Assembly (NCBI RefSeq): GCF_009914755.1
Contig: NC_060947.1
DNA: 64,000 bases
DNA from: the human T2T-CHM13v2.0 reference genome, Homo sapiens
Reading direction: 5' to 3' (one strand)
Made by a program: the position numbers and the translations under genes. Position 1 is the first letter of the stretch; every line of letters begins with the position of its first letter. The notes under the pieces were generated by a model. The model was not told the DNA's origin and ran no database searches. It was given only the letters and a program-made list of their open reading frames with translations. Below are positions 18,698 to 45,680 of this stretch, piece by piece.

Positions 18698-19691
18698 TAG
18701 TTTGCTTTTCTATATCTGATTTTCTAAAATATTGTTCTATCAGTTACTAAAAAAGGAGTGTGAAAATATTCACCTCTGTGGGTTTATGTATTCCTTTTTT
18801 TCTATGAGTTTAACTTCATGTATTTTGAAGCTCTGTTATATTCAGTGCACACATATTTATTGTGTCTTCTTCATGAATTGAACCCTTTATCATTAATAAA
18901 TGTCCTCCATCCCATTTTATTCTGTGTATTCCATGGGTGATGAGAAAGGCATCCTGATGTGGCTGGTGGGGACCCGGTTAAGGAGTCTCTCAGTTGGCCT
19001 TATGGGCCAACCTGCTGTTTTGTGGGTCAGAGATTTGGTCTAGAGTGTGTGTGTAGGGAAAAAGTGTTCTTGATTGGCCTCATACTTCACCAGGGGTGAG
19101 GGATTTAATGTGGCTTTTTGTCCTTTCTCTAGGTCCCAGGATCCCCCAGGCCTGTTCTCTCTATGCCTTTGGCCTGTTTCCCCCAAACCTGAGCCCGCCC
19201 CCTCCCTACTTTCTTTGTCCTTTCCTTGTTTCACGGCCTCGAGATGCCACTGACCCAGCACCCAGGGCATCTGGGAGACTCAGCTATGGAGAAAAGGGAG
19301 GTGGTGGCAAAAGAGATGCCTGCTGGGGCAGGCAGGCGTAGGGCAGTTACCATCTCATGCAAGTAATCACGAAGGTCATGTTATACATGGTGTCAGGGAG
19401 AGCAGTTGATTTTAGTGTCAATTATCAAAGCGAGTTTCCAACGAAGAAATTAAGAAAATGACAAGATATGGTTTGGCTGAGCCGAAGCAGTACTGATTAC
19501 AGACACCTGCTCAAATGTTTGCAGTGAAATAACATGCACGTGAGTCAGGTTAAGTTTGTTGTACTTCAACGTAAAAGTGGTTATGAAGTCCATTTTCAAA
19601 TATTCCGCTTTCAAAACATGTTCCTTATTTATATTGGATGTCATCAGTTAAATAAAAAAGAACTTAAGTCACGATTTCTCCTTATAAGACT

Positions 19692-19697
19692 TTTATT
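19692..19697 (-). promoter_or_regulatory. Polyadenylation signal AATAAA of GAB3
   Basis: tttatt on the + strand. On the minus strand it has U/G-rich sequence upstream and a U-rich tract downstream (rc of aataaaaaagaac). Confidence 0.7.
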
Positions 19698-21010
19698 AAT
19701 GCCAGAAATGAAACAGCAAAAACAAAATGAATTTGAAAAATCAGTGTGATTGTGGGTGCAGAGATGGTATGAACAGGGACTGAGGAAAAAGCCAGGTCTG
19801 AGGAGAGCCTTCAGTTTCAACTCGGAACTTTTAAAGGTCATGATTCAGCTGATCCTGTGAAGTGGACTGTACAGTGGGTAGGTCGCTTCGTGTCTTTATA
19901 GCCAGGCTGTGTGCTGGACATCAAGGCTCTTCCCTCCCCAAGGAAAGCTTAACTCCCAGTGCTCCTGGGTTTGTCACCTTCTGGACTTGCAGGCTTGAGA
20001 CCCTTGGGTCCCCCGTCCTGCACTGGACGACCCCTGACTGGGAGGAATTTTCTAACGAGGTGAGACAGAAGAAAATGAAACAAAAAGGAACTACAGAAAA
20101 CGATGTGGGGTTAATTGCTGCATTGCCCTGTTATGCTGATTCCCACATCTTGTAGGTCTCTGGGATCATTTCTGTAACAAACATTAGGCCCTTGGTTAGA
20201 AACATAGCTCTCTCTCACACACACACATCGATCATCTCCACCAAAACCAATATTTTGACTTATGGTGCCTTTGCTGCTGTCAGCTCAAAAACTACCTGTA
20301 CTTTGTTTCCTTGAATCGTTATGCTTTTGCATAGCCATCCTCTAGCAGTTTTATCAAAGCAGGACATAATTGCCTACACTCTGGAAATGAGGGGTGAGTC
20401 ACCTTTTTCAAAATTAAATTTTTAAAATTCTGACCCCTATCGCCTTCCATACCTTTAATGTAGAGAGTGCCTATTCAGAGCATTCCATTTTTAAGTAATC
20501 ACATCCAAACAGGTCACACTACCCATGTGTGTTTCTTCATGCTATAAATACGTTTCTGGAAATGTTTGGTAGAAACAGATTTCTTTTCTTTTTTCGGTGG
20601 GTCAATGGAGTGACATTTCACCACTGACATAATTTCAGCTATTCTTTTCTATCTCCAATCTGGTGTGGTTCTTGACACTTGGGCCTACAATTTTTTTTCT
20701 GCACCAGCCTTTGTCAGATAATCAGTGATCCTAACACAAGTGCTCCACACGAGGGAACTACCCTCCATGGGAACTAGCAGTTTGAAGCCCTGGTTTCTTG
20801 CCTGAGACTCTTTGCAAGTCACATGGGGAAGAAGGCAGCTCCTCACAGGCTCTGGCTGTGTGTGGTGATGCAGAGCTGGCTGTGGGGCTTAGGGAGTGGG
20901 GAGCCCTCTCCTTGCTCTGTCCAGGCTCACTAAGGACCCTGAACTCAGTTAAAATACTTAGAAATTTCCCCCCACTTTGTCCAAGGAAGAAAATAATGTC
21001 ACCAGAACCT

Positions 21011-21059
21011 GCTTCTTTGAAAATCAAAACGGCTTCTTTGAAAATCAAAATGACTTCTT
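21011..21059. repeat. 21-bp tandem duplication in the GAB3 3' UTR
   Basis: gcttctttgaaaatcaaaacg followed by gcttctttgaaaatcaaaatg and a partial third copy. Confidence 0.9.
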
Positions 21060-22603
21060 GTATGGTCTGAAAAAAGAAGACTTTGGCATTCACTTACCTG
21101 TGGGGTGATTGGAAACCCTGAAATCCTGTAGCAAAGTCTACAACTGCCCCAACTGCACTGACTATCATGGGCCTGACTGCCAATTTGATCTATCCTCATA
21201 AAGAAGACACAATCTCAGTCAGAATGCAGGACCAGTATCTGCTTAGTTTCCAGCTGTAGGTGCTCAGAAGGATCAAGAATGGACACTAAATAACACTTCA
21301 TGCCCAACTGACACCTTCATTCTGGGTCTCCTGGACCCCAGGACCTGTAAAGGAAGGGGTGACATGACGCCTTCATTATAAAGTGGGAGTGTTTGTACTC
21401 TCAGTACCTAGTCACTTCTAAAGCAGAAGGGAGCAATTGGCTGGGAAACCTAAGAATGGAATTCATAGGTTTTTTCCTGGTCATTGTGTCTGCTAGCTCA
21501 CAGGGAAACACACTGTATAGGTGACCATGAGAATGGCCTTCAGACTAACCATCAGTAGGTATTTCTAATTGTAACTACTGATGGGAGAGTTCCAGTTGAA
21601 CATCGCAGAAAGAAACCCTCACTTGACATGCACATCTTTCAAGTATCAAAACACCTGTTCAGATCCCTATTGAAAGGGAGACAGGATGACTACTCATTTT
21701 GTGTCTGCAGGTGTTTCCCACATGTCTCCAAGGCTCACCCAATTAATCCATTTTGTCAAAATCCTCAGAGGAAGTATGAGGTAGAGGAATGAGCTTGCAA
21801 TTGGCAGCCTGAACAACTCTATTCTCTAAGCTGGACTCTGGGTCTTGGCTTTGTGAGTAATCTTGGGCAAAGTGTTCCCTCCTCTAGTTCTCAGTGTTCT
21901 TTTCTTCAAAGTGGCATCAACAGTCTCTTCCAGGCCTATCTTCCAAGGTCTTTCGGAGAAGACACGAGACGATGCGTGGGAAAAGGCCAAGAGCAGCAGA
22001 ATACCTGGCTACAGGTAGCTGCTTAATTGCAATATCCTTAGAGCCACCAGTGTCATCTGATATACTTATCTCAGAGCCTGAGATCCATTGCCCCTGTCAC
22101 TTGTCTTTCTTTGGGTATTGAAATGACTAGTCTGCTGAAGTCTGTGGAGTAAGATTCTGCCACCATTGCTGGGCTTGATCTCCTCAACTGTCTTCAGAGG
22201 CTGGAACAAGATGGTCTCCAGAGGCCCCTTTGCTAGGATAATTTATCATTCTCATTGAAGCACAGGAGAGAAGTCAGAATTTCAGGTATTGGAGTCAAAC
22301 GATAAAATCCTGTTGGTGGCAACACTCACTCCAATCTTTGCTCCAATAGGACAGAGGGGAGGCTAGATTCTCTCAGAGCCCCCTCCGGAAGGCAACTGCT
22401 TCCTTCTTTTCTTCCTTCAATGTATAAACAGGTCTTCTTTCCTAAAGGTTCTGGCCAAGACCTTGAAAACTACACATTCTCTCTTGGTTTTGACCTGTGT
22501 TGACCATCAGTGTGTTTTTAGTGGACAAAAAAAAAAAAAAAAGAAAAAACTCAAACTGAGCCCCAAGCTTCCCTGTTTCACACATGGCACAAGCCCGCAC
22601 CTC

Positions 22604-22720
22604 TCATACTTTGGATTGCCTTTCATCCGTCCACTCCTGTTTTGTGCTCTGGAGAGCCTGTGTCTTCTGCTCATCCACTTGGACATAGTCTACTCTTTGT
22701 TCTTCTGAAAGGAGAAGTTT
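22604..22720 (-). CDS. GAB3: GAB3 terminal coding exon 10 (VDYVQVD, stop)
   Basis: KLLLSEEQRVDYVQVDEQKTQALQSTKQEWTDERQSKV*, a typical Gab C-terminus. Acceptor ccttcag; TGA at 22606-22604. Confidence 0.96.
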   Translation of the reverse strand, partial: KLLLSEEQRVDYVQVDEQKTQALQSTKQEWTDERQSKV

Positions 22721-22948
22721 CTGAAGGAGGAGAACAAAAAGGTTTTCATTACATCTAACTTAAAATGTCAGGAAAATGTTTACCCTTTTGTATTAAATTG
22801 TTAAATATTTGTTGCCCTTTCCTCTGTGTGGAAACTTTGTACTTTGTATGTGTGCTTGTGTGTGTGCACGCACGTGCTTCTGCTTCCCTCAACTTTGCTC
22901 TAGCCACTTGACTTGCTTTGATCAATATAATGTAAGTGGAAGTGACAT

Positions 22949-23819
<871 letters not shown>

Positions 23820-24557
23820 CTACCAAAACTGACTAATGCTCCTTTTATACTTATTGCTCCCACCCTTCTTACCAGCTTTTCTCCAGTCTCATATCAGATT
23901 TTTGGAACGATATTAAAAGTAGAAAACAAGTAGGAGTTACCTCAGCAAAAGAGGAGGAAAGTCCTCAGTTGTTTCCCATGCACTCATTCCTTACGCTGTA
24001 CAGTGGGTGATACTAGTTCACAGATATGATAACTTACATGTATTAACTCAATTAATCCTCACAACAGCCCTTGACATAAGTGTTGTCATTTCTGATTCCC
24101 ATTTTTCAGATGAGAATTCTACCCAAAGGGGTAGCTGCCCAACTCAGCATTCAAGGCCCCTTACTTCCAACTTACAGTTCTTTCCACTGCTCCCTCAAGT
24201 CTAACCAAACTAGACTATTACTTGTTCCCTAAACAGGATGTTCCTACACCTGGAGGGTCCTCTACCCGACCCTCATTTCTGCCTGAGATATTTTTCTATA
24301 AACTTTTTGGTCCAAATTTTGAAGTGTGAATATCACATCTATTTATACATACACACACAAAGAACACACCCTAGAAGGAAATACACCAAGATTTCATTCT
24401 CTCTGGGAGGCAGGATGAGGGCCGATTTTAATATTCTTCATTATACATGTCTGCATTTTTAACACTTTCTAAGGAGAATATGCATGGTTTGATAATCAGA
24501 AAAGTCTAGGCAGAGATGGAATCACCTGGGAATTCTTAGACACAAAGCCCTTCCTAC

Positions 24558-24674
24558 CTGCTGCATGGGGGCTGGTGATGCTGAATTGAAGTCCAGGGCC
24601 AAATAATCTAGGCTGAATTTCTTTGTCCACGTAAGGGCACCACTGCTCAGGGAACTGGCTGTTCGGTGCTCCTC
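24558..24674 (-). CDS. GAB3: GAB3 coding exon 9 (LDYLALDF, first SHP2-binding tyrosine)
   Basis: EEHRTASSLSSGALTWTKKFSLDYLALDFNSASPAPMQQ. Acceptor ttcctag, donor CAG|gtagga; 117 nt, phase 0-0. Confidence 0.94.
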
Positions 24675-25039
24675 CTAGGAACCAACATCACAGGAGTCAG
24701 GTTAATGATGTCTATCTTGGTTGCTCAAGGGAAGGAGGGCAAGTTGTGGCTTCACCCAAGCAGCTGCCATCAGATCGTAACAGAATAGTCTGATGAGACC
24801 TGAGTCAATCAGCCTGCATATCTGAGTGAGAACTGTAATTTCAAACAGAATATAGCCAATTTGGCCTTCGCAATGAAACCATACCATTATTCACCATGGG
24901 AACAGTTTGCCAAAATTCACTCAAAAAGGAATTTGCTTCACGAATCTGACAGGCCTGTGATACTTCAGAGATTAAACCCTGACAAGATCAACTATACTTA
25001 TTAAAGTTCTCGTGAAGGCATCCCAAATGCACTTAAATA

Positions 25040-29800
<4,761 letters not shown>

Positions 29801-29949
29801 AGACTTAAAAATGTATCATATTTATAATAAGAGGTGTTTTTCATGCTATCTTGCCTACCAAAGTGTTCCATCAAATTTTAAAAATAGAATAAATGTAGTT
29901 TCACCTCCAGTAATGTTGAATAAAGTAATTTTGATCACCCTTCCTGCTG

Positions 29950-38170
<8,221 letters not shown>

Positions 38171-38745
38171 CTAAAAATGTAAAAGTATTGTAATACCATA
38201 ATCAAAAAATTAATGTGAGATTTAAGAGGCTAGAACTCTACTATAAAAGCCTTACAAAGCTGTTGAAATCAAAGGGCTTGAAAAAGTGATAGAGAAGAAA
38301 TCCCATATAATAAAATTATGTTTATTCTTCTAAATTTTCTATAATTTCACAAACATTTAAAGAAGGATATATGGCAAAACTTGTATTTCAGTAAAGCAAA
38401 ACCGTGTTTCAGCCCCTGGCCTTAATCACTACATTCAGATCAGAACTTGCCCTTAAAGAGAAAAAAAAAAATTAACATATATACTTATGCACAAAATCAA
38501 AGTCAAATCATACTAGGTTTGACTACCATATTGGGCTGTTATGTGGCACAAGTGAAATAACGTAAATCAAAGTCATGTGAAACTGTCTTATTACTAAAGT
38601 TTAAAAAAACACAATTGAACAAGATGGGATAGCCTTTAAACATTTTTATACGACAGTTCCCAGATCATAGCTACTATCAGCCAGTGTTCTGGGTTCTTAA
38701 TCTGCTGTGTCATGTTGCCTACTAATACACAGAGACAGTCATTGA

Positions 38746-39117
<372 letters not shown>

Positions 39118-40341
39118 AACACTGATCTTTCTCACAACATCAAAGATCAGAAATGAACTGTTGGTATCTGGAATGACTCTGTACTTGCTTCCATTGGGTT
39201 TTAGATTCACTTCCTTTTTCTGTTCTCTGGAGACAGAGCACAGCTGTTAAGCATCGTTTTATAAGAGTGTTTTCTTCTAGAAATTTCCCAAGGGCCATTA
39301 CTAAGTGTCAGAAATATTGGGAAGACCATAACAGATTTGTATATGAGTCACTTTGCATCTGCATACGGTTAAGTGCACTTACAGCATGATTTGAATAAAA
39401 TAAGAAGGTAAAATGAAGCATTTAATTATAGCTTAACTGGAGATTACTATTTTTAGATTTTCAGTTGCTGATTATCCTTGCATATAGGAAGGCAGAATTG
39501 TCTTCTCAAGAGTATATTGTCACAGAGCCTTGAACATTGTCCTTCTAAGATCTCTTTTCAAAATTTCGTAGTTCAAACAGAAGCTCTCTCTTGAGTTCCC
39601 TACATTTCTAAATTGCAGAACAGGCACTGTCATGGCTAAAGTGTCTGCTAATTGCCAGAGGTGCTAAAAGTTCCTCTCCATCTTCAAAAAGCCCATGTTC
39701 TCAATAGCATCCAAGATGAAGAGAATAGAAGGAACAACAGGCTAGAAGGGAAACATCAGGACTCTTTAACTGCAAATGGTTAATCAAGTCTCCATCCACT
39801 CAGGTCTATAGAAAGACCCATAATAGGAATCTTCCAGAGGCTAAGATACACTCACAGTCCAGGGCACTGTACCTTTCCCAATGGGACTCTAAGTGATTCA
39901 TCCTCCAGGAAGGTTCAGAAGCAGTCAGGACAGGGCCACCAGGTGTTCTGGTGGAAGGGACCATGTAATATGTTGAGTTTTTACAATTTGAACTCTGGAC
40001 ATCCAGAGAACTACAAACCTATTGGGGTCAAACAGGACATCACAGCCTTGGTGAAAAGAATTGCTGGCATTTCCATTTTCAAATTAAGCAAGCCTCAGCC
40101 CTGAGCTATCTTGAAATACTGCAATCTCAAAATGGTATGAGGAGTTGAATGTTGCAGGAAAGAAAGCCAACTTCAAATTGATTTGTTCCAAGTCTAGAAA
40201 AGCTTGTGGCCTGGTTTTACGATCAAGTGGTTGTTTTAAAATTGCACAGGGCTTACTGAAGGATGTGTTTCCTTTACAATGAGCTCATAAGACTACAGAT
40301 TGGGGTGAAGGATAAGAAGAGTGTGAAAAATATAAGATTAC

Positions 40342-40444
40342 CATTTCGATGTAGCTTTCTTCGTCTTCTCTGGAAACAGGATTAGCAAAAAATCTTGCAG
40401 AATTAATACCATTTCTTTCTGGAGAGAGAAAGCTGGTTCGACTG
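40342..40444 (-). CDS. GAB3: GAB3 coding exon 8 (YIEM)
   Basis: CSRTSFLSPERNGINSARFFANPVSREDEESYIEM. Acceptor tagCAG, donor ATG|gtaatc; 103 nt. Confidence 0.94.
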
Positions 40445-41556
40445 CTAAGAATAAAAATATAGATGAGGTCAAAGCAATGTCTTACAGCTGCTCTGAAAGC
40501 TGGCCAGGAACTAACATGGCCCTCATGGGGTTTCAGCCCTCCTCTTCCAGACACAACTTCCTTCCGGCCAAAGCAATTCCTGAAGAGGCACAAAATGCCC
40601 AACAGTTTCTGCTCCACTTTGGGGCAAATGGCTCCCAATTCACAAAGGCTGCTTTTTCTCAGGCCCTCTATGTGACACAGCTCATGAGCTTTCTAAACGG
40701 ACGAGGGCATCATATCATTTAGCAAAAAAAAAAAAAAAAAAAAAAAATACTCCTTTGGGGCCTTCTTGTTTCTATTCAATGTAAGGAAAAGTGAGGAAGT
40801 ATGGCCATTCCTCTGATAGGACACAAGACTGCCAATCAACTCCCATCCTTCTCCTGAGTCAGAAGCATGAGCTGAGTCACAGTCTTGGCTGGAAATACAG
40901 CTCATTGCAGAATTCTGCTTTACAATGCAATTGTGTTTTGTGGCATTTAGAGTGAACCGAGAAACTCCTGAGCCAAGCTCAGGACTAAAAATGCAACTTC
41001 TAAAAGGTGAGATGAAAGGGTGCAATTACATTTTGAAGTCTGTCTACCCAGCCCGTGAACCTGGGAACTCCCTTGTCCTACCCCATTCACAAAGTTGGGC
41101 TTGGGCCATAGCCAGTTCCACTGAGACTGGGGAACACAATTCTCTCTCCCCAGGAAATCTGAATTGGCACTGAAAAAGAGCCCATCTGTTGGTACTGGAG
41201 TTGTAGCATGCAAACAAGTTCAGGGGGTATGGTACAGCTATCTTTGACCATGAGGATTGTGCAATAGAAAAGAATACTGCAAAGACAAAGGAATGCACAG
41301 ATGTGAAGAGTGAAGCAGAAGTGAGTAGATTCCTTGGGTTCCCAACAGCACACTAGTTCCTGATTCCAGGATCCTGGGAGACCCAGACATATTCCTTCCT
41401 TTGTGATCCATAAAACAGCTCTTGCTCTCGATAATAAACCTCACCCCTCCTTTGGCTTAAGCTAGATCAGATGGGCTTCAACTACATTTAATCAGAGGCC
41501 TAACACACACCGGGGTGTCTGTGCTGGATGAGGCTCTTTTGAGCAATCAGTCTTAC

Positions 41557-41638
41557 CAAGGCACAGTGCGGGTCCTGGTAAGAGATGCATGTTCCCGGAT
41601 GATCGAGAGGTTTCTCAGGTCCAGAGGAGGTGGCCGTG
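41557..41638 (-). CDS. GAB3: GAB3 coding exon 7
   Basis: SRPPPLDLRNLSIIREHASLTRTRTVP, with the Gab-conserved P.PLDLR motif. Acceptor tcttgtag, donor gtaaga; 82 nt. Confidence 0.93.
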
Positions 41639-42439
41639 CTACAAGACAGTGTGCAACATCCAGGAGGTCAAGGCCAGAGTCTAAAGACTGTAAAACTATG
41701 ACATTTCACTTTCCCAGCACACCAAATCCACATTTACTAACAGGCAGCACTGATGATGAGGGTGAATTTCACTGTCCTCCTCTTCCCTGCCTCACTGGGA
41801 GTAAAGACAAATACTGAGCAAATGGTCACATTACCTGCTGGAGGTAACAACGTGGCAAGGCATTATTAAGAAGTCTCTGTATATCACGCGTGCTTCTAGG
41901 TGTCGAAGGCACAGGATGAATAAAGCAGATGAAAGTCTCTGACCTTGTGGAATTGCAACATCTATTACCTCACACCCGATGTGTCTGAAGTGGAAATGTT
42001 ACCTTTCTTATCACAGGCAGAGATGATCACCCAGGTCCTAGTCTTCCCCACCTACAATCCATTGTCCACCTGATGATCCTTCTGCCTAGAACATTCTATC
42101 CCATCTCTTTGCCTCTAGACAAGATCAGGCCCCACAGCCTGGGCTCTCAAGTTCTTGTACTTACCCTTCACAGCACAGCCCCAGTTTGTGATAATACACT
42201 CATCTATGATTTATCTGGACCTAAACTGTGCTCCAGGAGAATAGGGGTGTATCTGGTTTGTTCACTGCAGTAGTCTCAGCACCTAGAAAAGCACTTGGTA
42301 TCTGCCCCAACCCTTATTCCACCTCAGTGGCCCATCTTCTTGAGTTAGTCCTGGCTCAGGTATCCACCTTTGCATCCACTCATTAAATCTCCAACCCTGA
42401 GTCTGTCAGACATCTTCTGTTGCCTATCACAAGGTCCTG

Positions 42440-42610
42440 CAGAGCTGCACTGTCCATTGTCGTGACAACTAGCCACACGTGCCCATTTAGACATATATGT
42501 ACATTTATTAAAATTAAATACAATTTAAAATGTAGTTCCTCAGTCACATTAGCCAAATTTCAAGGGTTCAATAGCCATTATCTCCAACATCACAGAAAGT
42601 TCTGTTGTTG
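42440..42610 (-). mobile_element. MER3-like hAT-Charlie DNA transposon remnant within L2-like sequence
   Basis: gctgcactgtcca...ctagccaca...agttcctcagtcacattagcca...tcaatagcca...catcacagaaagttct. Confidence 0.65.
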
Positions 42611-43718
42611 TTTAATTGTTTCTGACCAGAATTAATGGCTATTTCCTCTGAACCTCATAAGACAGGGTCTGTTCTCCTATTTAGCACTGATTTCATAATT
42701 CTATTTCATGGTCCAGGTGGATTTTACATATCTTCCTCCCCCTCAGACTGAAGAACCCTCCTTGCTCCCTCATCTTTGTATCCCACCCAGTGCCCACCAC
42801 AGCAATACATATGCAGCGCATGCATTGTAAATGTATAAATGTATTTTGACTGAAATTTAAGGGAATATGCCTGGAGTAGACCAGGCATGAGTAGGGGTCT
42901 TAGTTGGCAGCTTTGGGCACAGCCACCTGAAGTGACTTTTTTTGCTTTCTAAAGGGCAAAGAGAAGTTGGAATGCACGAGAGATCAGTCATTCTACCAAT
43001 GCTTCCTTGTAATCACACAGCCAACTGGGAAGGGGAGGATGAGCAAGAATGAAGTTAAAAAGTCACTCTGACCTGCTCTTCCTCTTTCCCTCTTTTCCTA
43101 TCTATCTCTCTGTCTGTCTGTGCTGCTTAGCAAACCAGAGAAGCTGCCTGGGAGTAAGACAGAAGCTGCAAGGCACCCCGTGCACAGAGGAGTCAGCCTG
43201 CTCATTGCCAAAATCCTCTTCTATCCCTGAATACCTCTGCTGACGGGCATGCACAGAACGATGAGTGATAAACTGCATGTGACTGGGTCTGACCTTCAGG
43301 AATTGGTGTCAAAGGCTATTCCTGACTGCCTTACAGAGGCTGGCACTATGATTACATTCAAGTGCTGTCTAATGAGGAGATGCCAGGTGGGATTCCATTC
43401 TAATCCACCATCACTTATTCCTGGGCCTTTGTTAGGGAAACAGCCAAAGACGAGCCCTCTGGAATGAACTTGGCTTTGTCAGCTGTATTTGCAAGGCCAC
43501 AGTGCCTGTAAGTCTCCTGACTCCTATTATCATGACAATCTGGGGCAGCAAGGTGCCCCAGCCCTTCCTATTCCAACCCAGCCACTTCTTTCCTGACCTT
43601 ACACTTTCCGGCCCTCTGGGGTGGTTTCTCTAGGTCTTCCTTTACAGAAACCTTTTCTATGCAACCACCGGAACCTTGCTCCCCTACCCCTGTACAGCAG
43701 GCCTGGTCAAGTGCTTAC

Positions 43719-43938
43719 ATTTCCTCTGAGGCTTGAGATCTCTATTCACTGGGGGAGGTTCCAGGTTTGCAGGCAGCTCAGGCAACGGGCTTGAGATGCT
43801 TCCTGAGTTCATTGGAATGTAGTCATCAGGGCTGCAGTGGGGTCCAAGACCAGAGGCACCAGCCTGGGGGCTCATGGGCACATAGCTGTCTTCGATACTG
43901 GCTGAAGCTGTGGGGTACATCGGGGAGAACCTGCATGG
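43719..43938 (-). CDS. GAB3: GAB3 coding exon 6 (YVPM, YIPM, PPPVNRDLKP)
   Basis: PCRFSPMYPT...DSYVPMSP...DDYIPMNS...EPPPVNRDLKPQRK. These are p85 YxxM motifs and the atypical PxxxRxxKP Grb2 site. Acceptor ttttgcag, donor gtaagc; 220 nt. Confidence 0.96.
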
Positions 43939-44428
43939 CTGCAAAAGAATAGATACAGATTGGGAACCACAGACCAGTCATGGAAACTGCTATCAGAGGG
44001 CGGCCAAAGCTGTACATATGGTTTCAGTTCCAAATTATCCAAGTATAACTCTGAACTTCCTCAGCAAAGTCAGACAAGCCTCTAGCTCAAGTTCTGCCTC
44101 TGGACTTATCGTTTTAGTATAGGCGATAAGTCTCCAAGATCTGACACTGGAAGACAGAGGGTTATGAGTTTATGCAAATGTTTTAAGCATAAAGTGATGC
44201 CTTAAGTAGCTATACCAAGTTGAGCAAGTGTCTGAACCATTAGAACCAATAAGGCCCTTATAGAACACCAAGTCCTGTAGTTCCCAAGCAAGTTCAAGTC
44301 TTCAGGGGAGACTGGAAGATTCCTCAGAGACTCAGAGTGCTGAATCTTAAAGATTTCAAGGGAATATACATAGATCAAGCTGTTTTTGGTAAAATTGATG
44401 CTTAAAAGAACCTGAATGTTGAACTTAC

Positions 44429-44484
44429 CAAATTCAAACTAAGCCGCTTGTCTCGGTGTCTTAAGGATTGGCCTTCTACATCAG
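44429..44484 (-). CDS. GAB3: GAB3 coding exon 5 (56 nt, absent from the ORF track)
   Basis: Read by hand: ttcttgcag|CT GAT GTA GAA GGC CAA TCC TTA AGA CAC CGA GAC AAG CGG CTT AGT TTG AAT TTG|gtaagt = ADVEGQSLRHRDKRLSLNL. It bridges phase 1 to phase 0 as required. Confidence 0.93.
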
Positions 44485-45469
44485 CTGCAAGAAATAAGCC
44501 AAGGTGGTGAGAAATGCAGAACAATATCAACTGAAACTAGAGTCCAGAGAGGCAGAGAAGCATAACACAACAGTTGCTATTAGAGTCTAGCTGGGCAGTC
44601 AGAACACATTTCCCCAACAGATGAAAAATCAGACCAGATTTTGAAGAAGTTTCTAGCCAATGGTTTGAGTTCTCTCTGTGAAATAGGAGGAGACATAGCA
44701 AGTAATTAACAAATTCTTATTGCATTTATTACATAAATCTTCTGAACTGGAGGCAGAACTGGAGGTTTGAGGAGAGGAGAGAGGTTTGAAATATTCCTTG
44801 TAACGAGCAGGAGAACAGGGTGAACAGAGAAACGATTGCCTTGTGGAGCAGCATTAAGGGCCCAATTGAGGTCTGTGACCAGAAAAGCTACTCAGGTAGA
44901 CGCATGGAGAGAAAGGACATTTGGAGTTATCCAGGATTAGAAACTCATCAGATGGATGCAAGAAACAGTGTGATATTAAAATTTAGAATAATTTAGACCA
45001 TAAGAGTAGATGAAACTATCTAGGTTGCAAGTGTTGAGAAAAATACAAAACTCTAGAGAATCCTAAGACTCAAAGAACTAAGAGATAAGTCAGTGAAGTA
45101 TCTTGAGAAAGAGCAACCATAGATTAATGAGGAAACTTGGGGGTATGGTGCCATGAAAGCCTCAGGAAGGAAAGAATGGCCAACAGTGTTGAGTGGTGCA
45201 GAGAAGTTCAGCAAGTGCTCCCAGCATGTGGTGGCCAGAGCAAAGTGGCCCTCAGCCCTCAGCCCTCAAGAGCTTGGAGGTGTGAAAAGTCAGGAGGCCT
45301 CTAAGAAATAAACTTAAAATTCGACAACATCTTAAAATGCAAGGACAACTCCCAGCTCAGAAAAGATGTGACAGAGACTGATGGAATTAAGCATATATAT
45401 TATATATACATATATGTGTATGTATATATGTATATATCTATGCTTACATATGTTTAAAGATGTACAAGT

Positions 45470-45680
45470 ACTGGTTAAAAACTACTCTGAAGTCAGACTG
45501 TCTAGTTATAAATCCCTACACCACCATGTATTAGCTGTATGGCACTAGACAAGTTACTTACCCTCTCTATGTCTCAGTTTCCTATTTGTAAAGTGAAGCC
45601 AATAATATAACCTATTTCATAGGACTTCTGGAAAGGACATAGAACACTGCCTAGAACACAGAAAGTACTTAATAATTCTT
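45470..45680 (+). mobile_element. MIR
   Basis: MIR core gacaagttacttaccctctctatgtctcagtttcctatttgtaaa. Confidence 0.75.

Larger units (their letters stand above)
19670..22603 (-). other. GAB3: GAB3 3' UTR (~2.9 kb)
   Basis: Largely repeat-free unique sequence between the stop codon and the first clear minus-strand AATAAA. The end coordinate is approximate. Confidence 0.75.

Noticed and set aside
19328-19378. Weak resemblance to the U1 snRNA 5' region (ggcag...taccat...atcacgaaggt)
   Set aside because: Only short scattered matches, without the ATACTTACCTG start or the remainder of U1.
24704-24795. Possible C/D-box snoRNA (atgatg...ctga)
   Set aside because: Imperfect C box, no terminal stem, and antisense to the host transcript.
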